Positions 54,392-64,000 of a stretch of DNA of 64,000 nucleotides are shown piece after piece. Source of the DNA: a virus (Duplodnaviria > Caudoviricetes); IMG/VR virus record IMGVR_UViG_3300050123_000043, positions 1 through 64,000 of that record, one strand, 5' to 3'. The notes beneath the pieces were generated by a model. That model was not told where the DNA came from, ran no database searches, and was given only the letters and a program-made list of their open reading frames with translations. The translations under genes were made by a program, and so were the position numbers. Every line of letters starts with the position of its first letter. The first letter of the stretch is position 1.

Positions 54392-56362
54392 ATGAAAGTA
54401 AGAATTGCGGGGATTCCTAAAATTGTAAATGCTACAAAAAAAGTTAGAATAACAAAGGTTCCCAAAGCTAAAACAGGGAATTGGATAAAAGGCGCGGTTA
54501 ACCCCGCCCACCGTGGATATTGCACACCTATGACTAAGGCGACTTGCACTCCCGCAAGAAAAGCATTTGCTAAAAGAGCTAAAGCGCACAAACTTCAATC
54601 AGGTGGTGATACTCCTATTACACACGGTCTTCCAGAAGATCAGCATCATTTAGCTAATATCGAAGCTGAAGGTGGGGAAGTTTATCAGAATCAGCAAGGT
54701 GGATTTAGGAAGATAGCAGATAGTGCTCCAGATCATGAACAAGGGGGTGTAATGATTCCTGATGCTGAACGTGTTTTAGAAGATACAAGTACTTCAAGGA
54801 AAGATAAATATTCTAAGAAATTAAAAATGTCTCCGACTGAGGTTGACACAATTTTTGGATTTAAACCAAAGAGACCGTTATCTCATGCTGAAGCTTTTGA
54901 TTCTGTAAATGAACATTACGATAAAGAAGTTGATAAATATAATGGTAAATTAAAAAACACCAATGATGAAGAAACTTTGGATAAACTTAGTGCAAACACG
55001 GTAAGATTGAATATGCTCAATAGAGATATTGTTCCTGGAAAACAGGATGTGTTTAATACTCTATTTGAACATCAAGAAGCTATAAAAGCAGTTCATCAAA
55101 TTCCAGATGATGGTAAACAAAAATATGGTGGGTTTAAACCAAGAATCAAAGTTCAAACAGGCGGTGACGCAACCGATAATCCTGATCTTGGGCTTTATAG
55201 AGGTCCTAAGAATCCTGCTAATAGATTTACTCCGACCGGAAAAACTTCTGAAGCGAAGTTAACTGATAAGCAAATTGTAGATTCCTACAAAGCAGCCGGT
55301 GTTGATTTTGGTACTGCAAGAGGATCAGATTTACAGGACAAGATATATAATTATCTTATAGAAAATCAGCCCGAAGTTCTCAAGGCATCCCTGAAGGAAT
55401 ACGGTGCAAACAAAAAAGCTTTACAGGCCGGTAAGGGTAAGATTAAGGCTTTTAGTGATCCTGATAATGCTACAAAAGAAGATTTAAAAGCTGCATTACC
55501 GTATCTTAAGGATTCTATGCTTGGGGCCAGAATTCCTATACCTACTACAGAATCATCTCAAACTCCGGGTCCGGGTGGTAACGCTGCTCCTCCGGCAGCG
55601 GATCGTCCGTTTGTTCCAAAAACAGGAACTCCTGATGCTACTGGGAACCCTCAATCTGTTAAAGAACCTGAAAATAAGTTCCATGAAGGAACTCATTGGT
55701 ATGATATTGCTCCGGCTGCTGCTGAACTTGCAGATTCGCTTAGAAGGGACCCTGAGCTTTTTAACCCAGTTCAGTATCATCAATTAAAGTATAAGCTACT
55801 GAATCCATCTGCTGCTCTGTACGCTAACCAGGCTGACTATGAGGCGGGTTTACATTCCCTAGAGGGTCAAAACCTTGGTTCGGGGGTAAATGCCGCTAAT
55901 GTGTCTAATTTGACCGCACAGAAGTATAAGGCAAATAACCAAGTTTTAGGACAGTATGAAAATCAGAATACAGAGATCCAAAATAAGGAAACTGAGTACA
56001 ATACCCAGGTAAGAGACAAGCAATCAATGTCCGATGCCGCAACAAGGGCTAATTTTTACAGTAATGTATTGAAATCCAGAGATAATCAGAGAATACAGAA
56101 GCTTCAGGCTATCCAAGATCTTAGCCGTGTACAGCAATTAAAGGCTCGTCAGAACACTAGTGGGAATTTAGTATCCAAGTTAAGCCCTGCTTTCGATCAG
56201 AGCGGTGAATACAATGGTTATCAATACGTTCCAGTAATTGACCCTGAGACAGGGGAAACCCAATCATACATGAAGAAACCAGGTAAGTCCAAAACTACGA
56301 CTACGACTAGTTATAAGATTGGAAACCGTAATATAAGAAGCGCAACTACAGATTCTCAGTAA
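54392..56362 (+). CDS. Putative cargo/ejection protein
   Basis: WIKGAV..H, ANIEAEGGEV..HEQGGV motifs; helical Q/N-rich C-terminus. Confidence 0.6.
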   Translation: MKVRIAGIPKIVNATKKVRITKVPKAKTGNWIKGAVNPAHRGYCTPMTKATCTPARKAFAKRAKAHKLQSGGDTPITHGLPEDQHHLANIEAEGGEVYQNQQGGFRKIADSAPDHEQGGVMIPDAERVLEDTSTSRKDKYSKKLKMSPTEVDTIFGFKPKRPLSHAEAFDSVNEHYDKEVDKYNGKLKNTNDEETLDKLSANTVRLNMLNRDIVPGKQDVFNTLFEHQEAIKAVHQIPDDGKQKYGGFKPRIKVQTGGDATDNPDLGLYRGPKNPANRFTPTGKTSEAKLTDKQIVDSYKAAGVDFGTARGSDLQDKIYNYLIENQPEVLKASLKEYGANKKALQAGKGKIKAFSDPDNATKEDLKAALPYLKDSMLGARIPIPTTESSQTPGPGGNAAPPAADRPFVPKTGTPDATGNPQSVKEPENKFHEGTHWYDIAPAAAELADSLRRDPELFNPVQYHQLKYKLLNPSAALYANQADYEAGLHSLEGQNLGSGVNAANVSNLTAQKYKANNQVLGQYENQNTEIQNKETEYNTQVRDKQSMSDAATRANFYSNVLKSRDNQRIQKLQAIQDLSRVQQLKARQNTSGNLVSKLSPAFDQSGEYNGYQYVPVIDPETGETQSYMKKPGKSKTTTTTSYKIGNRNIRSATTDSQ

Positions 56363-56449
56363 TTTATAACAAAATTTTGTTATAAATTTCGGATTTACAG
56401 GAAATTATAATAAATTTGTGTGATAAATCTCACAGAATTTTGTTATAAA

Positions 56450-57175
56450 ATGATAGGTATTTATAAAATAACGTCTCCGAGTGGAAAAGTCTATATTGGA
56501 CAGAGTTGGACTATTGAACTTAGGTTGTCTAAATATAAGCAGACTAAATGGGACAAACAACGGAAATTATACTGTTCTTTTAAAAAATATGGTCTTGAAA
56601 ATCATAAATTTGAAGTTGTTCATGAATTACCGGTAGATGTGGAACAAGAAGTGCTTGATAGGTATGAGCAATTGTATATGGATCTTTATAGGGATTGTGG
56701 AATCGAATTATTGAATTTGAGGGAGGGTGGAAGTAGAGGAAAACTTAGTGAAGAAAGTAAAAAATTAATGTCTGATTCTCGAAAGGGTACAAATTTAGGA
56801 CATACTTTTAATAATGGCAGAAAGCATTCTTATGAAACTAAACAAAAACATAGTGAAATTTCCAAAATAATTAATTCTACTATTGAATATAAGGAAAACA
56901 TGAGAAAGTCTATTATAAATAGCGAAGCTCATAAAAAATATAGAGAACGATTAAAAGAAGAAGGAAGATTAGGAATACATAAAACATACGATAGGAATGG
57001 ATATACTAAACCTGTTTTACAATTTAGTAAAAATGGAAATTTTATAAAAGAATGGACTTCTGCATCTGAATTTCAAAAACATAATAATATTATAGGAAAA
57101 GGTAATATAGGAAGTTGTTGTAAAGGAAAATTGAAAACAGCTTATGGTTTTACCTGGAAATTTAAAAATAATTAA
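56450..57175 (+). CDS. GIY-YIG homing endonuclease with NUMOD domains
   Basis: GIYKIT..VYIGQS; HSYETKQK; C-terminal CC.GK..TAYGFTW. Confidence 0.9.
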   Translation: MIGIYKITSPSGKVYIGQSWTIELRLSKYKQTKWDKQRKLYCSFKKYGLENHKFEVVHELPVDVEQEVLDRYEQLYMDLYRDCGIELLNLREGGSRGKLSEESKKLMSDSRKGTNLGHTFNNGRKHSYETKQKHSEISKIINSTIEYKENMRKSIINSEAHKKYRERLKEEGRLGIHKTYDRNGYTKPVLQFSKNGNFIKEWTSASEFQKHNNIIGKGNIGSCCKGKLKTAYGFTWKFKNN

Positions 57176-57177
57176 TA

Positions 57178-59877
57178 ATGGCTATTTCAAGTGCGAGTAC
57201 GAGACAATTTATTGCCGCTGATCCGGTTATGGAAACCGACTTACAATTATTGGCCAAGGTCAATACTTACCAGCAAGATAAATTCGACCAGGGTGAAAAA
57301 TCACTTCAGGATGAGGTGAATAATTGGAGTATGCTTGGGAACGTAGCAAAAGATCAGGATAAGCAATATATAAATCAGAAATTGAATTCTGTTGTTGGTA
57401 AAATAAGGAATATGGGAGGGGTAAACCTTGCAGATCCTAACAATGTCAATACTCTAAAAAGCCTGGGATATAATATGTATGGTGATGACAATGTTATGAA
57501 GCCGGTTATAACAAGTAGAGCAAGACAACAACTTATTCAAAATATACAGACAAACACAACGGGTAAAAATGCTAAGGATTACGATTCCGTTTATGGTGAA
57601 TATTTATTGCATCAATATGATGACTGGTTAAATGATGGTAAGCAGGGAACTGGTTTTAATGGACCCACTTCTCTTCCTCAAGGTTCTTTTGATGGTTATA
57701 CTAAAAAAATAAATGATTATGTTTCTAAATTGAAACCTGATGCGAATGATGCTCCTTTAGATAGTAAGGATGCAGATTTAAATTATTATCAAGTTGGAGA
57801 TAAATTTATAAAGAAAGAACGTATTAATGCAGCTATTGACGCTAATACAAGTTCTCAAGATAGAGATATTCTTTCAGCACATGCTTGGAAAAGTACACTA
57901 GGTAGATCTGATGCTGATCTTATTCATTTACAAGCTAGTGATTATGATAGTAAGATAAAAGACATGCAGGATAATGTAAACACTCTTCAATATGACAAGT
58001 CTTTAACAGGAGATTTTAAGCAGAAACAATTATTTGGATCTCAAATAGAACAATATAACAACGCTATAAAGGCCACTAATGATAAAAAAGCAGGTCTTTT
58101 ATCCCAGGGTCCTAACCTAGATAAAGATAGTAGACAACAACTTGCTGATAATTTATTTTATAATTCTTTTAAGGATCAATTTTCTGCTTCAGCCGCTTAT
58201 GATCAGAAAAAAGTTGAACTAAAATCAAATACTGCTAAGATTGAAAATCTAAGGATTGCTAAGGAAGACTTTTGGCATGGTAAGAATTATGATCTTCAAA
58301 TAAAGAAAGATAAGGACGAATTAGCTATAAAACAAGGTGATTTAGATATAAAAAAGAGAGCAGAAGATTTTAAGGAAGACACAGCATTTATGAAATATTA
58401 TGGAATATCTAATGGTTCATATGGTCCTCTTAATGGTCCTGCTCAAAAAGCACCCCTTAGTCTTGTTACTGATTTAGGAAAAGAAGGTACTGTTAAATTA
58501 GACAATAATACAATTACTCAGGCAGATGCAAATTATACTTCTGCATCTAAGAATTTTTATGAACAAGGGTATAATTATTTAATGGGTAAAGATCCTACTA
58601 TCTATGGAAATTATTTAACTCAGGATGCTGATGGGAACTGGGTTCCTAAAGATGACAAATCTGCTAATATTGTTAATAAAGGGTTACAATCTTTTATTCA
58701 AATGTATGGTAATATTGCAAACATGTCAATAAAAGAAAGAGCCGGTTTAAAATTTGATGATGATAGTCAGCAACTTTTTCAAAAATCAAAAGATTTAGAA
58801 GAAGCAGGTCTTTATAAAGGCCAGATTAAAGATATTACAGCAGATGTGTTTAGACAAGCTGGTAAAGATGATCCGAATACTAAAAATATAAATATATCCT
58901 TTGGTAAAGGAAGTAAATTTGGTGATCATGTTACTTTAAGTTATTCTAAATTAAAAGAGATGATTGATAAAAAAGATCCTCTTTTAGATGAATGGAGAAA
59001 GAATGCTAATGTTGATATACCTTCTTTCCCTGGTGGATCAATGACTCCGGGATCTTTTAATGCACCTACACAATATAACGGTGTAGCGACTGCTATTAAT
59101 ACAGTAAGTGATTATTATGCTGATCCTGCTATTGATAAGGCATGGACTGACGTAAGTAAAAGAGTTAACCCATATGGAAGAGTAGTTTCTTTACCGCACT
59201 TAAAGAATGGAAAACTTCCTGATGAACAACAAAAGATTTTATCAGACGCTATTACAGATACTAGAATTAAAGCAGATGTAACTATTGATGATGTTGATAT
59301 AGCTAAGGCATGGGCAGTATATGATCCTAAAACATTAGAAGCTAAATATATGGCCCAGGTAAGATATAAGAAAGCGTCTAAAGGAAAAGATACTAAACTA
59401 GATAAGGGAGATAAATATACTATAGTAGATCTTACAAAGGATGTAAACTCACAATATGAAAATGGAGGAGGGTGGATTAGTAATCTTTATTCTCCTGATA
59501 ATGCTGCTGTTGTTTATGGGCTTGCTTTGCAAAATCAAGGCAAAACACCATTTGATCCTAAGACAAATTATGAAGGAGCACTTCAGACACATGGAGAACT
59601 TACTCATAAATATCAAATAGTAGCGGTTAAAGATCCAAAAACAAAGGGAACGACCGGATATAAAGTGTTCGTAGCAATTCCTCTTGGTAAAGATGATTCA
59701 GGAAATCCTAAATTTCAAACTATACCTGTTCCTAATTTCCATAGTGATCCTTCTGGTGCAACAACAACTTTCCCTGCTAGTTTTGATGGTGTAAGAGTGT
59801 ATATGGAAGGTGCATTTCAAGATACAGCGTCAACCAAAGACTTTTATCAAAGAATGGGAATTCCTTGGAATGAATAA
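57178..59877 (+). CDS. Large cargo/ejection protein
   Basis: 899 aa helical protein before the giant ORF; crAss-like synteny. Confidence 0.6.
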   Translation: MAISSASTRQFIAADPVMETDLQLLAKVNTYQQDKFDQGEKSLQDEVNNWSMLGNVAKDQDKQYINQKLNSVVGKIRNMGGVNLADPNNVNTLKSLGYNMYGDDNVMKPVITSRARQQLIQNIQTNTTGKNAKDYDSVYGEYLLHQYDDWLNDGKQGTGFNGPTSLPQGSFDGYTKKINDYVSKLKPDANDAPLDSKDADLNYYQVGDKFIKKERINAAIDANTSSQDRDILSAHAWKSTLGRSDADLIHLQASDYDSKIKDMQDNVNTLQYDKSLTGDFKQKQLFGSQIEQYNNAIKATNDKKAGLLSQGPNLDKDSRQQLADNLFYNSFKDQFSASAAYDQKKVELKSNTAKIENLRIAKEDFWHGKNYDLQIKKDKDELAIKQGDLDIKKRAEDFKEDTAFMKYYGISNGSYGPLNGPAQKAPLSLVTDLGKEGTVKLDNNTITQADANYTSASKNFYEQGYNYLMGKDPTIYGNYLTQDADGNWVPKDDKSANIVNKGLQSFIQMYGNIANMSIKERAGLKFDDDSQQLFQKSKDLEEAGLYKGQIKDITADVFRQAGKDDPNTKNINISFGKGSKFGDHVTLSYSKLKEMIDKKDPLLDEWRKNANVDIPSFPGGSMTPGSFNAPTQYNGVATAINTVSDYYADPAIDKAWTDVSKRVNPYGRVVSLPHLKNGKLPDEQQKILSDAITDTRIKADVTIDDVDIAKAWAVYDPKTLEAKYMAQVRYKKASKGKDTKLDKGDKYTIVDLTKDVNSQYENGGGWISNLYSPDNAAVVYGLALQNQGKTPFDPKTNYEGALQTHGELTHKYQIVAVKDPKTKGTTGYKVFVAIPLGKDDSGNPKFQTIPVPNFHSDPSGATTTFPASFDGVRVYMEGAFQDTASTKDFYQRMGIPWNE

Positions 59878-59887
59878 AAATTATTAA

Positions 59888-62800
59888 ATGCCTGATTTCA
59901 ATAAATATGCGGCAGACGTTCCGAACGTAAGACCGGAACAAGTTATCGGATTGTCACAAATCGTACAACCTAAATACGATTATGTAAATACATTTCCTCC
60001 AACTGCCGATCTTAATAGCGGTGCTTCTCCAGAAGCCGCACAACAGAATACAAAAGGATTTTGGGAAAAGGATTCAAAAAAATTGAATCAACTGTTTGGA
60101 GGTGTTCCAACCTCCCCTGGTGCGGTTACGCCATATAATGAAGCAAAGAGATATAATAGTGATACACTTGGTTTTTTACCTGATCGTGATAATGAAGATT
60201 TATATGCTGAGAAGCAGGGATTCTTTAATAGTGTTGGTTCTGGTCTTGGAAGACTAGTGGGGCTTACAGTTACCAAAACGGGAACTGGCTTAGGTTATCT
60301 TGCTGGTCTTGTAGGTGTTGGAAATGATTCTGAAAAATATGGCAGTGGGTTTGGAGCATGGATTGCAGGAGCCGGGGATAATGGTATTTCAAAATGGTTT
60401 CAAAGTATTGAAGATGATAAGATAAAAACTGATTGGTTGCCAATTTATCAAAAAGCTTCTGAAAAAGATCATGGTCTTTTTCGTTCTCTGGGAGATTTAG
60501 ATACTTGGACAGATAAACTTGTTGATGGGGCAGCATTTATGGTGGGTGCATTTGTTCCAGGTATGGCAATTTCTAAATTGAAACTGGGAGCTAATGTTAT
60601 TGAAGGATTAAGTGCTCTACAAGGCATAGGACGTACTGAAGAAGCTGCTGCTTTAGCCACAGAAGGTGTAAGTGGTACTGTTGCATCTAAGGCTCTGGAA
60701 ACCGAAGGACTTGGTGCTACTATTGAGACTCCAGAAACTGCTGGAACCATTCGTCCGGAAAAGGGTGCCACATTCAAGATGAATGGTGGTGTTCCGACTG
60801 GTGCCGATGCTCTTCAACATATTCCAAGAGCCTTAAAATGGATTAATAATGCAAAACTTGCTCGTAGTATAGATGTTGGAGCAACTAGTATTATAAATAC
60901 AGCGTCTCAAGCAATGTATTCAGCAAATGATTCTAAGAATAATGCTTATCAGTCTCTTATAAATCAAAAAGATCAAAACGGAAATAATAAATATTCCGTT
61001 GAACAAGCAAATCAAATCTCTGCAAAGGTTGCAAGGGATAATTATTTAATGAATCTTGGTGCTTTGTCTTTGATGAATTTATGGGAAGCTAATTTTATGT
61101 TTAAAAAACCAAATCTTTCTAATACATTTGGTAAACAAGAATTTGGTATTAATGGACTTTTTGGAGATGCTACTCTTGCAAAACAGACTTTTGGTGAAAG
61201 AGCGTATAGTGTGATAAAAGGGCCAGCCAAAGGCGTTCTTACTACTGGTGTTTGGCTTGGTAACATGCAACTTGCAATTGACAGACTTAATAATAATCCA
61301 GATAATTTTAATTTAGATTTTGGTGATAAATTGAAAGCAGTTGGTAGACAATATGTAACACAATTGGGGAATGCTATTGTTGGAGATGATCCCGAAGCAG
61401 CTAAATCTATAGGTATTGGTGGTCTTCTTGGGGGAATTGCTGGTAAACTTTTGGGTCATAATGAAAATAAAGAAGTTAAAAAAAACCTTTCAGAACTAAA
61501 TAAACAAGTTAGTGCTTTTAGAGAAATTGGAAACATATATAAGACAGACGATGCTGGTAAATTAATTCTTGAAGACGGAAACCCTGCTTTAGATCAGGAT
61601 AAGGTAAAGTCATGGGTTGCCTCTTTTAATAAGATTTTAAGCTTAAACCAGGTTGGAAAAAGTTTTGAAAAGCGCGGAGTTAATGAAATGGCTAAATTAT
61701 ACGGAGATGAAGTTTTTTCAAGATTTGCGAAAGCTCATTTTGATTCTGGTATGGGGGATCTTCTTTATCAGAAATTAAGAGATGTATCTGGTATAAGCAA
61801 GGAAGATTTAGCTTTACTTGGTTTTGATCCGGACAGCAAAAATAAAGAAACAACTGAACTTCTAAATAATTATACAAAGAAAGCTCAAAATTTAGAAGAA
61901 TTATATAATAATATTCATGGAAATTATGTATCTACGGATATACCTAATACAAAAGCAGGACAAAAAAAGCAGTTTGATATAACTGATAAAATGTTTTATC
62001 TTTCTGCTCGTAGTCAAACTCTTTCTGAAATTATTAAAAATTCAAAGGATACCTATGAACGTGTAAAAGCGAATGCTGATACTTTTAATCAGTCATTTAA
62101 TTCATTGACCGATGGAGTTGTTGATCAATATAATGAACTCTTCGAGAACACTTACTCTGCTGGTAAACAACCGCCTATTCATCCCGATTTATATGAAGCT
62201 GAAGCAGATTATACTAAAATAAATCAAACAAGGGATGAATCAAAAGATAAACTTGATGATTTTGTTAAAAATAATAAGGAGGTTTTAGAAAAGCTTAAAA
62301 AAGATTCTCGTGGTCGTTATATGTACGAGATTGCAAATAAGAATCTTTTACCTTCTGCTAAAGAAATGGAACGTCAGCAGATTGTTCAGGCTGAAACAAC
62401 TCTTGCCAGAAATGCTACTATGAATGTTCTTAGTAGACTTGCTGATCCTAAATTTGGAGTTAAATATTATGATCAGGTTTATTCTAAGGAACTCGAACGT
62501 CATGCTCAGGAATCAGGAACATATGATGACATAACTAAAGAGGATGACGTTGCTACAAAACAAACAAAGGAATTTTATGCTGATCCCAAAAAGGATTTGA
62601 CTAAATTAAGTTCTACGGTTACTCCCGAAGAAGTAAATGATGCATATGCTCAAGCGGTTGATGAAAATAAAATTGATAATAAAGAACAAATAGCAGACTA
62701 TATCGCAGAAAAGATTTCAAAAGGACAGAAGCTTACTGATCAGGAAGAAGTTATTCGTAAATCATTAGGTCAAGAGGTTGAAGACAACCTTCAAAAAAGA

Positions 62801-64000
62801 GCTAAAAAATCTGATTTAAATGAGTTGGGTAGCCAAATGGATGACTTGATTAGACAGCGTGATGCTTTGGAAGGTAAAGAAGATCGCAGTGCTGATGAAG
62901 AAACAGATCTTGAAAATTTAAATAATCAAATTGAGGCATTACAGGATCAACGGGATGCTAAGTTTGATGAAATGGATGTTCAGGATAAAGTTGCAAGTAG
63001 TCCGAATATAAAACCGGAAGATCGTGAAAAATATAACGATGTTCTGAATAAAATAAATCGTGAAAAGAAAAGAGTCGTAAAATTTGATGATCGTTATCAG
63101 GTGGATGGTCAGGACTATAGAAAGGTTACCGATCTTATTGGGGATACTATTTCTGATGAACAACGTCAGGACCCCAGAACCCAGGCCGCTGTAAGTATAG
63201 GTAATACTATTGATAGTGTTACAAAGGCATATTTTGCCAATGGTTTAACCCAGGAATTTAAAGATTCTGTTTCTGATAAAATGACTCCAGAGACATTTAC
63301 TGGTATAGTTAAATCACTGGATAAACTTAAAGCCGATCTTGAAAGAAAAGGAATCAACATTGTATCAAGTAACGTTTTTGTTACCGATCCTACTTTAAAG
63401 GTTGCTGGTGAAATTGATTTACTTGGTGTTGACAAAAACGGTAATTTCAAGATATATGAAATCCAGGCCAGAAGAGGGGACGTTTACAGACAATATGGTA
63501 AGAGGGGATTGGGGGTAAAACTTCGTGATATTGATGGAAAGAGGCTTAGTATGTACCGCAATATGTTTGCTAATCAGTACGGGTCTATCCCTGATGAGAT
63601 TGCGGTTAAATTTCCATTCGAAGTAAAATATGACAAGACAAACCCTAACGGGTTTATCGAAAATGCCAAGATCAGAGAAGAGATTCGTTTTAATCCTCTT
63701 AAGAATGTTGAGATTAAAATGAAAAACGCGGAACCTTTGAGAATTGGTTCTAAATACAGCAGTGTAGACATGAACCGGATCTTTCTGGATACATTCTTAC
63801 CTACAAAGGAAAGCGGTGATAAACTTAAGTTCCTTTTTAGAAACATATCATTAAAAGAGTTGACAAACGGAATGAAGTTGACTGTAAGAGAAGCCCTGCC
63901 CGAATTTAAAGCAAAATATGAGCTTCAGCGTAAGGCCCTGGCAAAAGAACCCGTTGACTTTAACATTAGAAAATTCAGAGATTACAAAAACAAAGACGAA
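59888..64000 (+). CDS. Giant virion cargo protein, runs off the window edge
   Basis: Not in the ORF track because it has no stop. Starts MPDFNKY; the same frame reads as protein at 63362; TM-like Gly-rich segments and a degenerate PD-(D/E)XK motif. Confidence 0.75.
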   Translation, partial: MPDFNKYAADVPNVRPEQVIGLSQIVQPKYDYVNTFPPTADLNSGASPEAAQQNTKGFWEKDSKKLNQLFGGVPTSPGAVTPYNEAKRYNSDTLGFLPDRDNEDLYAEKQGFFNSVGSGLGRLVGLTVTKTGTGLGYLAGLVGVGNDSEKYGSGFGAWIAGAGDNGISKWFQSIEDDKIKTDWLPIYQKASEKDHGLFRSLGDLDTWTDKLVDGAAFMVGAFVPGMAISKLKLGANVIEGLSALQGIGRTEEAAALATEGVSGTVASKALETEGLGATIETPETAGTIRPEKGATFKMNGGVPTGADALQHIPRALKWINNAKLARSIDVGATSIINTASQAMYSANDSKNNAYQSLINQKDQNGNNKYSVEQANQISAKVARDNYLMNLGALSLMNLWEANFMFKKPNLSNTFGKQEFGINGLFGDATLAKQTFGERAYSVIKGPAKGVLTTGVWLGNMQLAIDRLNNNPDNFNLDFGDKLKAVGRQYVTQLGNAIVGDDPEAAKSIGIGGLLGGIAGKLLGHNENKEVKKNLSELNKQVSAFREIGNIYKTDDAGKLILEDGNPALDQDKVKSWVASFNKILSLNQVGKSFEKRGVNEMAKLYGDEVFSRFAKAHFDSGMGDLLYQKLRDVSGISKEDLALLGFDPDSKNKETTELLNNYTKKAQNLEELYNNIHGNYVSTDIPNTKAGQKKQFDITDKMFYLSARSQTLSEIIKNSKDTYERVKANADTFNQSFNSLTDGVVDQYNELFENTYSAGKQPPIHPDLYEAEADYTKINQTRDESKDKLDDFVKNNKEVLEKLKKDSRGRYMYEIANKNLLPSAKEMERQQIVQAETTLARNATMNVLSRLADPKFGVKYYDQVYSKELERHAQESGTYDDITKEDDVATKQTKEFYADPKKDLTKLSSTVTPEEVNDAYAQAVDENKIDNKEQIADYIAEKISKGQKLTDQEEVIRKSLGQEVEDNLQKRAKKSDLNELGSQMDDLIRQRDALEGKEDRSADEETDLENLNNQIEALQDQRDAKFDEMDVQDKVASSPNIKPEDREKYNDVLNKINREKKRVVKFDDRYQVDGQDYRKVTDLIGDTISDEQRQDPRTQAAVSIGNTIDSVTKAYFANGLTQEFKDSVSDKMTPETFTGIVKSLDKLKADLERKGINIVSSNVFVTDPTLKVAGEIDLLGVDKNGNFKIYEIQARRGDVYRQYGKRGLGVKLRDIDGKRLSMYRNMFANQYGSIPDEIAVKFPFEVKYDKTNPNGFIENAKIREEIRFNPLKNVEIKMKNAEPLRIGSKYSSVDMNRIFLDTFLPTKESGDKLKFLFRNISLKELTNGMKLTVREALPEFKAKYELQRKALAKEPVDFNIRKFRDYKNKDE

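Noticed and set aside
53889-57175. HNH and GIY-YIG genes as parts of group I introns
   Set aside because: Flanking genes have their own starts and stops and the intergenic gaps are too short for intron cores; they appear free-standing
60088-63846. Minus-strand short ORFs at the right end
   Set aside because: Antisense shadows of the giant plus-strand ORF
23966-64000. Stop-codon reassignment as seen in some crAss-like phages
   Set aside because: Long ORFs are intact in the standard code, TAG and TGA end some genes, and there is no suppressor tRNA

Overview
64 kb of an AT-rich tailed phage genome, most likely crAss-like (Crassvirales-related) and infecting Bacteroidota, read in the standard genetic code. 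Left arm (1-6.5 kb): small minus-strand genes. 6.55-7.35 kb: an ORF-poor, highly structured ~800-nt transcription unit with its own promoter and terminator. 7.35-8.39 kb: a divergent control region with repeated 17-bp sites. 8.4-23.5 kb: accessory genes and 27 tRNA genes covering all 20 amino acids, plus two aberrant tRNA-like RNAs. From 24 kb: the virion module (terminase, portal, MCP, ring/tail proteins, muzzle, cargo proteins, and a giant ORF running off the end). Main finding: the tRNA genes are sorted into three blocks, each preceded by a short leader ORF and a terminator with a competing antiterminator. The run of consecutive codons in each leader matches the amino acids of the tRNAs in its own block, down to AGA versus CGA for Arg. 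This looks like a ribosome-mediated attenuation system that switches on phage tRNA blocks when those tRNAs become limiting. All calls were made by eye. No database search or folding program was run, so protein family names and novelty are inferences.
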